DNA of 64,000 bases from an uncultured Ignavibacterium sp. (GTDB lineage Bacteria; Bacteroidota; Ignavibacteria; Tepidaquicellales; Tepidaquicellaceae). Location of the stretch: the NCBI GenBank assembly GCA_964452115.1, contig CAYVKY010000001.1, positions 5,848 through 69,847 on the forward strand, written 5' to 3'. The translations under genes and the position numbers were made by a program. Under the pieces are notes generated by a model, which did not search any database, was not told where the DNA came from, and saw nothing but the letters and a program-made list of their open reading frames with translations. Numbering within the stretch: the first letter of the stretch is position 1; every line of letters begins with the position of its first letter. Positions 49,822 to 58,514 of the stretch are shown piece by piece.

Positions 49822-52110
49822 ATGAAATACTTCAAACATTTACCGCTTGTAATCGTTGCCATATTCATCTTAGTGGCAATTGGATATGAAGCAATGGACT
49901 GGCATACTAAAACAATTATGCAGGTCGAAACTGTACCCGTGGATTCATTAATTCTCGGGAAAGACAAATCTCCATTAGTCGGTGATTCAGTCGAAATCGT
50001 GGGCAGAGTTGTAGCACCGGCACAGGTTAACACTCCTTGGGGGCTTCGTACTTTATTAAGAGGTACGAACAGCTGGACTGTATATATGCAGGATACAACA
50101 AACGCTCTTTGGGGAGGCATTGTCGTCAGACAGTCTTCACGCTACACGAACACATTTTTACAAAATGTTGATACGGGTAATATCATTAAAGTAAGAGGAA
50201 TTGTTCAGGAATTCTGGTCAACAACTATTAACGGTACATCAGGTTTTCTGACTCAGATTGAACTGGATACAAACTCAGGACCGATTACTATTATGTCTCT
50301 CGGAGGTTCAAGACCTCAGCCGAAAGCCGTTCACGTATCTGATTTTGTAACAGGCGATTATCCGAACGGCGGTACAATTGATTATGTAGATGGTGAAAAG
50401 TATGAAGGAATGTATGTCGAATTCAGAAATGTAACTACTGCGGCAGGACTGGCAAACAGACAGATTTTCAGCATAGTTGATTCTGCCGGTAACAGGATGT
50501 ATGTCAGGGATTATTCCAATTTCTATGGAACATCACCAAGTCCGACACAGGATACACTATATAAATTATGGAACTGGGCAATACCGACAACCGGCACTCA
50601 GGTCAATTATATCCGCGGAGTGATTATAAATGCAAACAACGAGGGTATTTTTGGAAATTTACTTCCATACGTGTTGATTCCGATTTATCCTAATGACATC
50701 AGTCTGGGACAGGTTGCACCTACCTTGTCAAATCCGACAAGAAATCCCGGTGTTCCAACGCCAACCGACAGTGCAACAATTAATGTTACTATAGTAAGCC
50801 CGACGGCAATCACAGGGGCAAATTTATATTATAGAGTAAACGGCGGTACATTTGTGACAAAACAAATGACAAATGTTGCAGGAAACATTTATAAAGCTGT
50901 AATTCCTCAGAGTCCTTTGAATTCACTTGTGGAATACTTTGTGAAGGCAACTAATCAGGCAGGATTATCAACTTATCTGCCTTCAGATACTTCGCGCTCA
51001 AAACTCTTCTATGTGGTTCACGCAAGTGATTCGCTTTCAATTCAGGATGTTCAGTATTGTCCGAACAACGGCGGACATTCCGGATACGAAGGTGCTTCCG
51101 TTAGAGGTATTGAAGGTATCGTTACTGCAGATACTTCAGATATACATCTGTTTAATTGTACTACCACTACCGGATGTTTGGGCGGCGACCAAACGGCTCC
51201 CGAAAGAGTAATCATTCAAAACGGTACGGGTCCGTTCAGCGGCATCTGGATATACGGAAATGTGGTGAATACACTTCAGAGAGGTCAGAGAGTAAGAGTG
51301 AAAGGTACTGTGGAAAACAATTACGGCGTAATCCGTATTGATGTGGCGTCAGCTTCAGACGTAACCGTCATTTCTTCCGGAAACCCGCTTCCGGAACCGC
51401 AGATACTTACTACTGCGCAGCTCGCAAACTCAAAAACACTCGGCGACACAACAATCAAGAAATGGGAAAGCGTACTTGTAAGGATAAATACTCCGATGGT
51501 TGTAACCTGCGCTAATGCGAACAAGGGAATTTCCTGCACATCGCATCAGACAGCACAAGACACTTCATTCAGAAGAAACTTCGGTGAAATTTGGGTTGCA
51601 GACAATTCGCATATTGATGCCCGCATCACGCTGCAGGGCGGAGGCCATACATTTACCAACAACTGGGACGGAAACTCAGCAGGAAAAACTCTGATAACTC
51701 AAAACGATTCGATATTATATATTCAGGGAATTTTATATTACTGGTACAGCAACTATAAATTAACACCGAGAAAAAATTCTGACTTCGGACAATTAATTCC
51801 AATCGGCATCAAAAACATAGGTGAACTTGTAGGAACGTATCATCTGCAGCAGAATTTCCCGAATCCGTTTAATCCTACAACAAAGATTAAATATTCGATT
51901 CCTCTTGCGGGATACGTATCATTAAAGATATATGATATGCTCGGAAGAGAAGTCAAAACTTTAGTAAATCAGACCAGCGCGGCGGGTTCATTTATCGTTG
52001 ACTTCAACGCATCAGAATTGTCAAGCGGCATATATTTCTACAGAATCAATGTGACAGGTATTGACGGAAGCGTATTTACTGATGTAAAGAAAATGGTTTT
52101 AGTGAAATAG
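49822..52110 (+). CDS. T9SS cargo protein built from repeated ExeM/NucH-type beta modules, with no catalytic domain recognised
   Basis: Signal anchor. Repeated GxxVxVxGxV...G(I/V)xV modules (GDSVEIVGRVV, GNIIKVRGIVQEF, GQRVRVKGTVENNYGVIRI, KWESVLVRINTPMVV). Canonical CTD (NFPNPFNPTTKIKYSIP...SGIYFYRINV...MVLVK). Confidence 0.7.
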   Translation: MKYFKHLPLVIVAIFILVAIGYEAMDWHTKTIMQVETVPVDSLILGKDKSPLVGDSVEIVGRVVAPAQVNTPWGLRTLLRGTNSWTVYMQDTTNALWGGIVVRQSSRYTNTFLQNVDTGNIIKVRGIVQEFWSTTINGTSGFLTQIELDTNSGPITIMSLGGSRPQPKAVHVSDFVTGDYPNGGTIDYVDGEKYEGMYVEFRNVTTAAGLANRQIFSIVDSAGNRMYVRDYSNFYGTSPSPTQDTLYKLWNWAIPTTGTQVNYIRGVIINANNEGIFGNLLPYVLIPIYPNDISLGQVAPTLSNPTRNPGVPTPTDSATINVTIVSPTAITGANLYYRVNGGTFVTKQMTNVAGNIYKAVIPQSPLNSLVEYFVKATNQAGLSTYLPSDTSRSKLFYVVHASDSLSIQDVQYCPNNGGHSGYEGASVRGIEGIVTADTSDIHLFNCTTTTGCLGGDQTAPERVIIQNGTGPFSGIWIYGNVVNTLQRGQRVRVKGTVENNYGVIRIDVASASDVTVISSGNPLPEPQILTTAQLANSKTLGDTTIKKWESVLVRINTPMVVTCANANKGISCTSHQTAQDTSFRRNFGEIWVADNSHIDARITLQGGGHTFTNNWDGNSAGKTLITQNDSILYIQGILYYWYSNYKLTPRKNSDFGQLIPIGIKNIGELVGTYHLQQNFPNPFNPTTKIKYSIPLAGYVSLKIYDMLGREVKTLVNQTSAAGSFIVDFNASELSSGIYFYRINVTGIDGSVFTDVKKMVLVK

Positions 52111-52120
52111 AATAATATAT

Positions 52121-52148
52121 CCTGAGCCGGTGAAAAATCCGGCTCAGG
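52121..52148 (+). terminator. GC-rich hairpin after the second cargo gene (weak or partial terminator)
   Basis: A perfect 10-bp stem (CCTGAGCCGG / CCGGCTCAGG) with an 8-nt loop. The downstream tract AATTTAATT is only weakly U-rich. Confidence 0.5.
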
Positions 52149-52167
52149 AATTTAATTAAACTTATAT

Positions 52168-53550
52168 ATGAAATATTTTTACAGGTTGTTAATAATTCCG
52201 GTCTTTTTGTACTTCGTATATTCATGTACAAATCCGGTATCAAACAAAAATGAATTACTGCCGCCGGACACGCACCTTTCGGTTTTTACTATTAATAGTG
52301 ACACGGTTACTCCAAGTTCAACAGTGAAGAAAATCAGCTGGTGGGGTGACAGTCCGAATGGCTTTGTGACCGGGTTCAGAATCTCTTTTGACTCGGTTAA
52401 CTGGGGATATACCACGCGTTATGACAGTACTTTTGTCTTTACCATTCAAGGTCAGGACAGCACATTCAGAATATGGGTTGCTGCAGTTGACAATAATGGA
52501 TTGGTTGACCCGACTCCCGCATCAAATTTATATCCTGTAGTTAATTCAAATCCGTCAATTTCATTTGATGACGGCGTGACTATTCCCGATACAATATTTC
52601 CCGTAGCTACATTTAAATGGATTGGCACTGATCCGGACGGAGATTTTACAATCAGGAATTATTACTGGTCTCTGAATGACACGAATCATTTCAAGTCTAT
52701 ACCGGGGAATGTAAATTTAATGACACTCACGAAAGACAGCGGTTTGGTAGCCGGTAATTACTGCCTGTATATGAAGGCTGTGGATAATGCAGGTGCATTC
52801 AGCAATATTATAAGATTCCCTCAGGATTCAACAAAGTTTTTCAGAGTAAAGCCTGTTAACGGAAGGGTACTTCTGATAAAGGATATGCCGCTGCTGGAAA
52901 GTAATGACCTGAGCAATTATATTTCATCAGTCCTTGATACCGTACAGTACAGTGTACTTGACATAAAGGTGAACAGCGGAGCACTCATCCCGAAGATTAT
53001 CAATCCGATGTTCGTCGAAACCTTAAAGTTGTTCAAGGTAGTATTATGGTACGGTAACAGAGGCGGACAGAATACTAATAATGACCCGAACTTTGCGCTC
53101 GCGCAGCTGTCACTTCCGTATTATCTTGCTTCAGGCGGAAGAGTAATCTGGTCATCGGGAATTCCCGATAACTTCCAGAGCGGGCAGGGAACTTTGTTCA
53201 ACTTTGCACCGGTGGACAGCATTAAATCGAGCTGTTTTATTCAGTTTAATTTCCCCGGTGATACACTGAAATCAATGATGACGGGCTTCCCTGAATTATA
53301 TGCGAGCCAGTTTATTTCTACTACGAGAGGTGTTTATATATCATCAACGGCAAGTGTTAATTATAAGCTGATTGCTAATCCGCAAAGGCCGTACTGCCTC
53401 GATGATTCACAGATAGGAATTATAGATTCTCAGACAAATCCAAAAATAATATTATTGACGATGCCGATTTATTATCTGAACGGCAGTCCAAATAATTCGA
53501 AACAATTTTATAACAAGGCATTTTCAATGTTTGGTTTATTCAGTAAATAA
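52168..53550 (+). CDS. Lipoprotein with two Ig-like (Y_Y_Y-like) modules and a C-terminal domain of unknown function
   Basis: Lipobox (FVYSCTN). Two tandem modules (KISWWGDSPNGFVTGFRISFD...WVAAVDNNG; FKWIGTDPDGDFTIRNYYWSLND...YMKAVDNAG). Confidence 0.6.
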   Translation: MKYFYRLLIIPVFLYFVYSCTNPVSNKNELLPPDTHLSVFTINSDTVTPSSTVKKISWWGDSPNGFVTGFRISFDSVNWGYTTRYDSTFVFTIQGQDSTFRIWVAAVDNNGLVDPTPASNLYPVVNSNPSISFDDGVTIPDTIFPVATFKWIGTDPDGDFTIRNYYWSLNDTNHFKSIPGNVNLMTLTKDSGLVAGNYCLYMKAVDNAGAFSNIIRFPQDSTKFFRVKPVNGRVLLIKDMPLLESNDLSNYISSVLDTVQYSVLDIKVNSGALIPKIINPMFVETLKLFKVVLWYGNRGGQNTNNDPNFALAQLSLPYYLASGGRVIWSSGIPDNFQSGQGTLFNFAPVDSIKSSCFIQFNFPGDTLKSMMTGFPELYASQFISTTRGVYISSTASVNYKLIANPQRPYCLDDSQIGIIDSQTNPKIILLTMPIYYLNGSPNNSKQFYNKAFSMFGLFSK

Positions 53551-53573
53551 AAAAAGAAAGCATTTTTCATTCT

Positions 53574-56381
53574 ATGAGAAAATTTTTAATACTAATAATA
53601 TTCCTTATATCATCTTCAGCCGCATTCTCTCAGGCAACCGGAAGTCTTTTCGGAGTTGTCAGGGATTCGCTTAATGAACCTCTGGAAGGCGTTACCGTGA
53701 AGATTAAAGGTTCGTATGCAGGTGCTGTATCGGAAGCAGACGGAAAATATAATATTCAGAATATATCAGCGGGTGTCTATACCGTGGAGGTAAACGCAAT
53801 CGGTTACCGTACGGTTGAATATACCAATATCAAAATTGATGAAGGAAAAGCGAAGGAACTGAACATTGGCCTGAGCCAGTCATCATATACAATTGACCAG
53901 GAAATTGTGGTCATCGGAGAAAGGCCTCTGCTTGATATTGAACAGACATCAAGCAAGCATATAATTTCAAGTGATGATATACAGAAAACCAATGTGCAGA
54001 ATATTCAGGACATCGTAATTCAGCAGGCGGGTATTGTGAAAAGCGATAATGAAATATATATCCGTGGCGGCAGGTCTTACGAAAACTCTTATCTGCTCGA
54101 TGGTATTTCAATTCAGGATCCGCTTTCAGGAACCGGATTCGGACTTCAACTGTCTGCGAATTCACTCGAAGAAGTGGAAGTTATAACGGGCGGTTACAGT
54201 GCTGAATACGGACAGGCGACCAGCGGCGTTATCAGCGCCAGAACAAAAGACGGAAAGTACGACCAGTACAATTTGTATCTATCCTATAAGAGGGACAATT
54301 TTGGAAATGGAAAAAATGTCGGCTCGAGTTTTAATACTGATTTGGTAGAAGCAAATCTCAGCGGTCCCGAACCGATTACAAAATATCTGTTTAAGGCTCT
54401 GCATATTACACCTCCGGGAGAAATTACATTTTTCGGAAACTTTTTTATGGGACTTTCAGACGGTTTCTATCCGAATATAGTTCATCAGCAGGCATCTCAG
54501 CTTGTGTCATCTACATTTGGCGGAACGCGTTTTGCTCCGAGACAGGATAACAATTGGTACTGGCTCGGTAAAATAACATGGAAGTTCACACCTCAAATAA
54601 AACTTTCATATCAGTATTCTCAGTCGGTTACGATAAATCAGAATTCGACTTCACTTCAGACGAATCTTGAATATGTGGAACCGTCACCCGGTTATCAATA
54701 TTCATTTATGGATATTCTGGATAATGCGAATACATATACAGCGCAGTCAAATATCAACACACTGACTTTTACTCATATTCTGAATCCGAAGTCATACTAT
54801 GAAATTAAATTAAGCCGTTTCTACACGAGTTTAAGAGCAGATGCAAACGGAAAAAACTGGAATGAATATACCGAGCCGCTTGATTTGGTTAGACCTCCGT
54901 TTCAGTATTATCAGACCGACTCTCTGCATTATGCAATTATTCCCGGCGACGGATTTTATGATGTAGGAAACACTTACACGTGGCACGACCATTACGTTGA
55001 GGAATATTCTGCAAAAGGAGACTTTTCATTAAGTTTCACTCCCAAAAATAAATTCAAAGCGGGAATTGAAACGAAATTTCAGGAAATGCAGCTGATTGAT
55101 ATTTATGAACCTTGGATTAAACCGATGGGCTTGAACAATGATGTGTACAAAGTATATCCTGCAATGGGCGATATGTATGCACAGCAGACTATTCAATATA
55201 ATGGAATGATTTTGAATTTCGGTTTAAGATTTGATTACTGGTTCCCCGGTAAATTTGTTGATGATGCAGTGAATAATCCGGATGTAATTACGATTCCCGA
55301 TGAATTAAGAAATAAATATCACAATGACACTTATGACCTTTTCGGAAGAAGATGGAAAGGAAGATTATCACCGAGGCTCGGAATTTCACACCCGATCACG
55401 GACAATCAGACTTTGTTCTTCTCTTACGGACAATTTTCAAAACTGCCGAGACCGCAATTCGTTTATGCGAAACTCAATCCGCAGTCTGCGCAGTCAACAT
55501 TCCAGAAATTCGGAAATCCCGATTTAAATCCCGAGACCACTGTGTCATACGAACTCGGAATCAGAAATCAGTTTACTAATGATGATGTGCTTACACTCAC
55601 GGCTTATTATAAAAATATATATGATTATGTATCAACAAGGAGCATCATAATCAACAGCGGAAGGCTGCTTGGAAAAAGCTTCATAAGTTATTTCAATCAG
55701 GACTATGCCCGTTCAAGAGGTGTGGAACTTGAATATAAAAAGAGAATCGGCAGATGGTTCAGCGGTACGATCAATGTCAGTTACTCCGTAGCAACGGGTA
55801 AAAGTTCGTCATCCGACCAAGGGTTCCTCGTGATTACACGCGGTGCACAGGAAATTATATCGGAAACATTCCTCAGCTGGGACAGACCTTTCCAGGCAAG
55901 TGCGAATCTATTCTTCAGTCTGGAAAAAGGCAAGGGAATCTTCGGATTCGGAAAAAATATTCTGGATGATATCAATTTCAAAACAAGAATATTTTTCCAG
56001 TCGGGTAAAAGATATACTCCTCAGGTTCTCACCGGTTACTTTGAAGACGGAAGACCTGATTATGAATCCGATTATAATAATATAAACAGCAATGTAGGCG
56101 ATAACTGGTTCTATGTGGATTTTGATATAGAAAAATATTTTACGATGTTTAATATGGATCTGGTAGCATCAGTTTCGATTAAAAATATATTTAACAATAA
56201 AAACTCCGCAATTATTAATCCGGTAACAGGTAAGGCATATGAATTAGGTGATCCGGTTCCAAACGGATGGAACGATCCAAGGTATCCTGAACTTCAGGCG
56301 CCGATTGATCCGTATCCGTTTAATCCTGCAAGATATTTGCAGCCGCGCAGTATAATTTTCGGATTATCATTAAAGATATAA
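53574..56381 (+). CDS. TonB-dependent receptor with an N-terminal carboxypeptidase-regulatory-like domain
   Basis: CarbopepD_reg block (GSLFGVVRDSLNEPLEGVTVKIKGS...GKYNIQNISAGVYTVEVNAIGY). Plug (IYIRGGRSYENSYLLDGISIQDP). A roughly 700-aa beta-barrel region. No SusD-like gene follows. Confidence 0.85.
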   Translation: MRKFLILIIFLISSSAAFSQATGSLFGVVRDSLNEPLEGVTVKIKGSYAGAVSEADGKYNIQNISAGVYTVEVNAIGYRTVEYTNIKIDEGKAKELNIGLSQSSYTIDQEIVVIGERPLLDIEQTSSKHIISSDDIQKTNVQNIQDIVIQQAGIVKSDNEIYIRGGRSYENSYLLDGISIQDPLSGTGFGLQLSANSLEEVEVITGGYSAEYGQATSGVISARTKDGKYDQYNLYLSYKRDNFGNGKNVGSSFNTDLVEANLSGPEPITKYLFKALHITPPGEITFFGNFFMGLSDGFYPNIVHQQASQLVSSTFGGTRFAPRQDNNWYWLGKITWKFTPQIKLSYQYSQSVTINQNSTSLQTNLEYVEPSPGYQYSFMDILDNANTYTAQSNINTLTFTHILNPKSYYEIKLSRFYTSLRADANGKNWNEYTEPLDLVRPPFQYYQTDSLHYAIIPGDGFYDVGNTYTWHDHYVEEYSAKGDFSLSFTPKNKFKAGIETKFQEMQLIDIYEPWIKPMGLNNDVYKVYPAMGDMYAQQTIQYNGMILNFGLRFDYWFPGKFVDDAVNNPDVITIPDELRNKYHNDTYDLFGRRWKGRLSPRLGISHPITDNQTLFFSYGQFSKLPRPQFVYAKLNPQSAQSTFQKFGNPDLNPETTVSYELGIRNQFTNDDVLTLTAYYKNIYDYVSTRSIIINSGRLLGKSFISYFNQDYARSRGVELEYKKRIGRWFSGTINVSYSVATGKSSSSDQGFLVITRGAQEIISETFLSWDRPFQASANLFFSLEKGKGIFGFGKNILDDINFKTRIFFQSGKRYTPQVLTGYFEDGRPDYESDYNNINSNVGDNWFYVDFDIEKYFTMFNMDLVASVSIKNIFNNKNSAIINPVTGKAYELGDPVPNGWNDPRYPELQAPIDPYPFNPARYLQPRSIIFGLSLKI

Positions 56382-56404
56382 ATTGAAATATAAATTACAT
56401 TATA

Positions 56405-57403
56405 ATGACTAAAAAGTTTATAATATTAATCATAGTGTCAATAGTATCTGTCCATATCTCCAATGCACAGATAATACCAAACCTCGGAGGACAGAAAACC
56501 GGAACCTCGTCGCTTGAATTTCTGAAAATCGGACACGGTGCCAGAGCAGTAGGAATGGGTGAATCCTTCGTTGCAGTATCGGATGATATATCTTCACTTT
56601 ACTGGAACCCTGCTGGTCTGGTAGCTTTTAAGGAAAACGGTGTAATGTTTTCACATTCCGAATGGTTTGTTGATACAAGGCTTGAGTATGTAGGGGCTGT
56701 ATATCATTTCGGCGGAGCTAATGCCTTGGGCGTAAGCTTAACGGCTTTGAATACGGAAGACATGAAAGTAACTACCGAAATTCAGCCGTTTGGTACGGGT
56801 GAATATGCGAAATATTCAGACATCGCATTAGGTTTAAGCTTTGCACGCCAGATGACAAAACAATTTTCTTTCGGTGCAACACTTAAATATGTCGAAGAAA
56901 CACTCGGACCGGTTAAGATGAGAACAGTTCTGGGAGACCTTGCAACATTTTACAGAACAGGACTCGGAACGACGAGATTTGCAGTTGCTATCGTAAATTT
57001 CGGAGCGCAGGTATCTCCGTCTGGTACGATTAATACATCAAGCGGTAATACGGTAACTGATTTCCAGTCATTCCCGCCGCCGACATCATTTAAGATTGGT
57101 TTTGCAATGGAACCTGTATTAAATAAAACGCACCGCCTGACAACGAGCATCCAGCTTAACAGTCCGAGCGACAACGCAGAAAATGTGGGTGTCGGTGCGG
57201 AATATTCTTTCAAGGAAATGTTTTTCCTCAGAGGAGGATATAAATTCAATGTTGACGCTGAAAACTTTTCTGCAGGTGCAGGCATTAAGGTGCCCGTATC
57301 TTTTGCAAAGCTGGATTTGGATTATGCAGTAACAAATTACAGAGCATTAGGCTTTGCTCATCGAATTTCTATTAACTTATTATTCCACGGAAAAAATCAA
57401 TAA
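56405..57403 (+). CDS. PorV/PorQ-family outer-membrane beta-barrel protein (second copy in the window)
   Basis: Signal peptide, then SSLEFLKIGHGARAVGMGESFVAVSDDISSLYWNPAGLV. This parallels the PorV block at 9269..10411. 332 aa with a beta-barrel pattern. Confidence 0.7.
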   Translation: MTKKFIILIIVSIVSVHISNAQIIPNLGGQKTGTSSLEFLKIGHGARAVGMGESFVAVSDDISSLYWNPAGLVAFKENGVMFSHSEWFVDTRLEYVGAVYHFGGANALGVSLTALNTEDMKVTTEIQPFGTGEYAKYSDIALGLSFARQMTKQFSFGATLKYVEETLGPVKMRTVLGDLATFYRTGLGTTRFAVAIVNFGAQVSPSGTINTSSGNTVTDFQSFPPPTSFKIGFAMEPVLNKTHRLTTSIQLNSPSDNAENVGVGAEYSFKEMFFLRGGYKFNVDAENFSAGAGIKVPVSFAKLDLDYAVTNYRALGFAHRISINLLFHGKNQ

Positions 57404-57405
57404 TT

Positions 57406-58506
57406 ATGAAAATATTTTTTTCTTATATATTTGCAGCGAGTTTAATTTTATCAGGCTTTTTTATCGCAGGATGCGATAATAAACTTGACCTGTCACAGTT
57501 TCCGATATCAACGGGAACGACTCCGGTTGTAAGCGATACCACTTACGTGCAGCAGTATCCCGTCTGGGGAAATTTTAACCAGCCTGAGGATGTAATTATC
57601 GGAAGAGAACCGATGGTTTATGTTGCAGACACTAAAAGCAATTCTGTTGTACAGATGGATTTATCAGGTCTGATAGTTTCCGCATACCAGTTTAAAAGTC
57701 CGAACGTAGCAAATCCGAGAAAACTTGCTCAGGACATTAATTTTGATTTACTCGTGATATGTGATTCCGCATTAAGCGCAACCGATACTGTGAGCGTTAT
57801 TTACAGATTCAGGCTGTTTGACAACGGCGGAATTCTTACTAACATTACTCCGATAAGATTTATTTCAAGTCTTGAAGGAACCGTGACATCAAGCAACAAA
57901 CGCAAGTTTACTGCGGTTTCCGTATTTCAGGATAATTCTTTGCTTGTATCCAGAACGGGACCGACTAATTCAGGTACGCCTGACCCGGATAATGCATTGC
58001 TGAGAATGTACGGCAGAAATACCGTGACTAATGTTACATCTTACAACGGATTTCAGACTACGGGAAACGGCGTTTTTTCAATAGAAAAAGTATCAGGACT
58101 GGCAACAATTAATAACAGCAATTCGGATTTTGTGCTTACAAGAAACGGAAATGTAAACGGAATTTTGCAGGTGCTTTGGTTTTATCTGGATCAGGCGACA
58201 GGCGGATATGAACCGAAATTTTTACCGACCGATAATGTTGATTTGCTGAACAAATCTTTTGGCGGTCCTGCTTCGATTGCAATGGATAACAGCAATAGCA
58301 TATATATTATTGATGCTGTAAAAGATTCACTTTACAGATTTTCTTCAACGGGAATGTCTCTTCCCGGTTCATTCGGAGGAAACGGTTCAGGCGTGAATAA
58401 ATTCAATCATCCGAAGGGCATCGCATACTTTAATAAAACTATTTATGTTGCGGATACTTATAATAACAGAATCGTCAGATTTAAACTGTCGACTGATCTA
58501 AATTAA
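57406..58506 (+). CDS. NHL-repeat beta-propeller lipoprotein
   Basis: Lipobox (FFIAGCDN). NHL-type repeats (PEDVIIGREPMVYVADTKSNSVVQMD; PASIAMDNSNSIYIIDAVKDSLYRF; FNHPKGIAYFNKTIYVADTYNNRIVRF). Confidence 0.65.
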   Translation: MKIFFSYIFAASLILSGFFIAGCDNKLDLSQFPISTGTTPVVSDTTYVQQYPVWGNFNQPEDVIIGREPMVYVADTKSNSVVQMDLSGLIVSAYQFKSPNVANPRKLAQDINFDLLVICDSALSATDTVSVIYRFRLFDNGGILTNITPIRFISSLEGTVTSSNKRKFTAVSVFQDNSLLVSRTGPTNSGTPDPDNALLRMYGRNTVTNVTSYNGFQTTGNGVFSIEKVSGLATINNSNSDFVLTRNGNVNGILQVLWFYLDQATGGYEPKFLPTDNVDLLNKSFGGPASIAMDNSNSIYIIDAVKDSLYRFSSTGMSLPGSFGGNGSGVNKFNHPKGIAYFNKTIYVADTYNNRIVRFKLSTDLN

Positions 58507-58514
58507 AATTCCAA

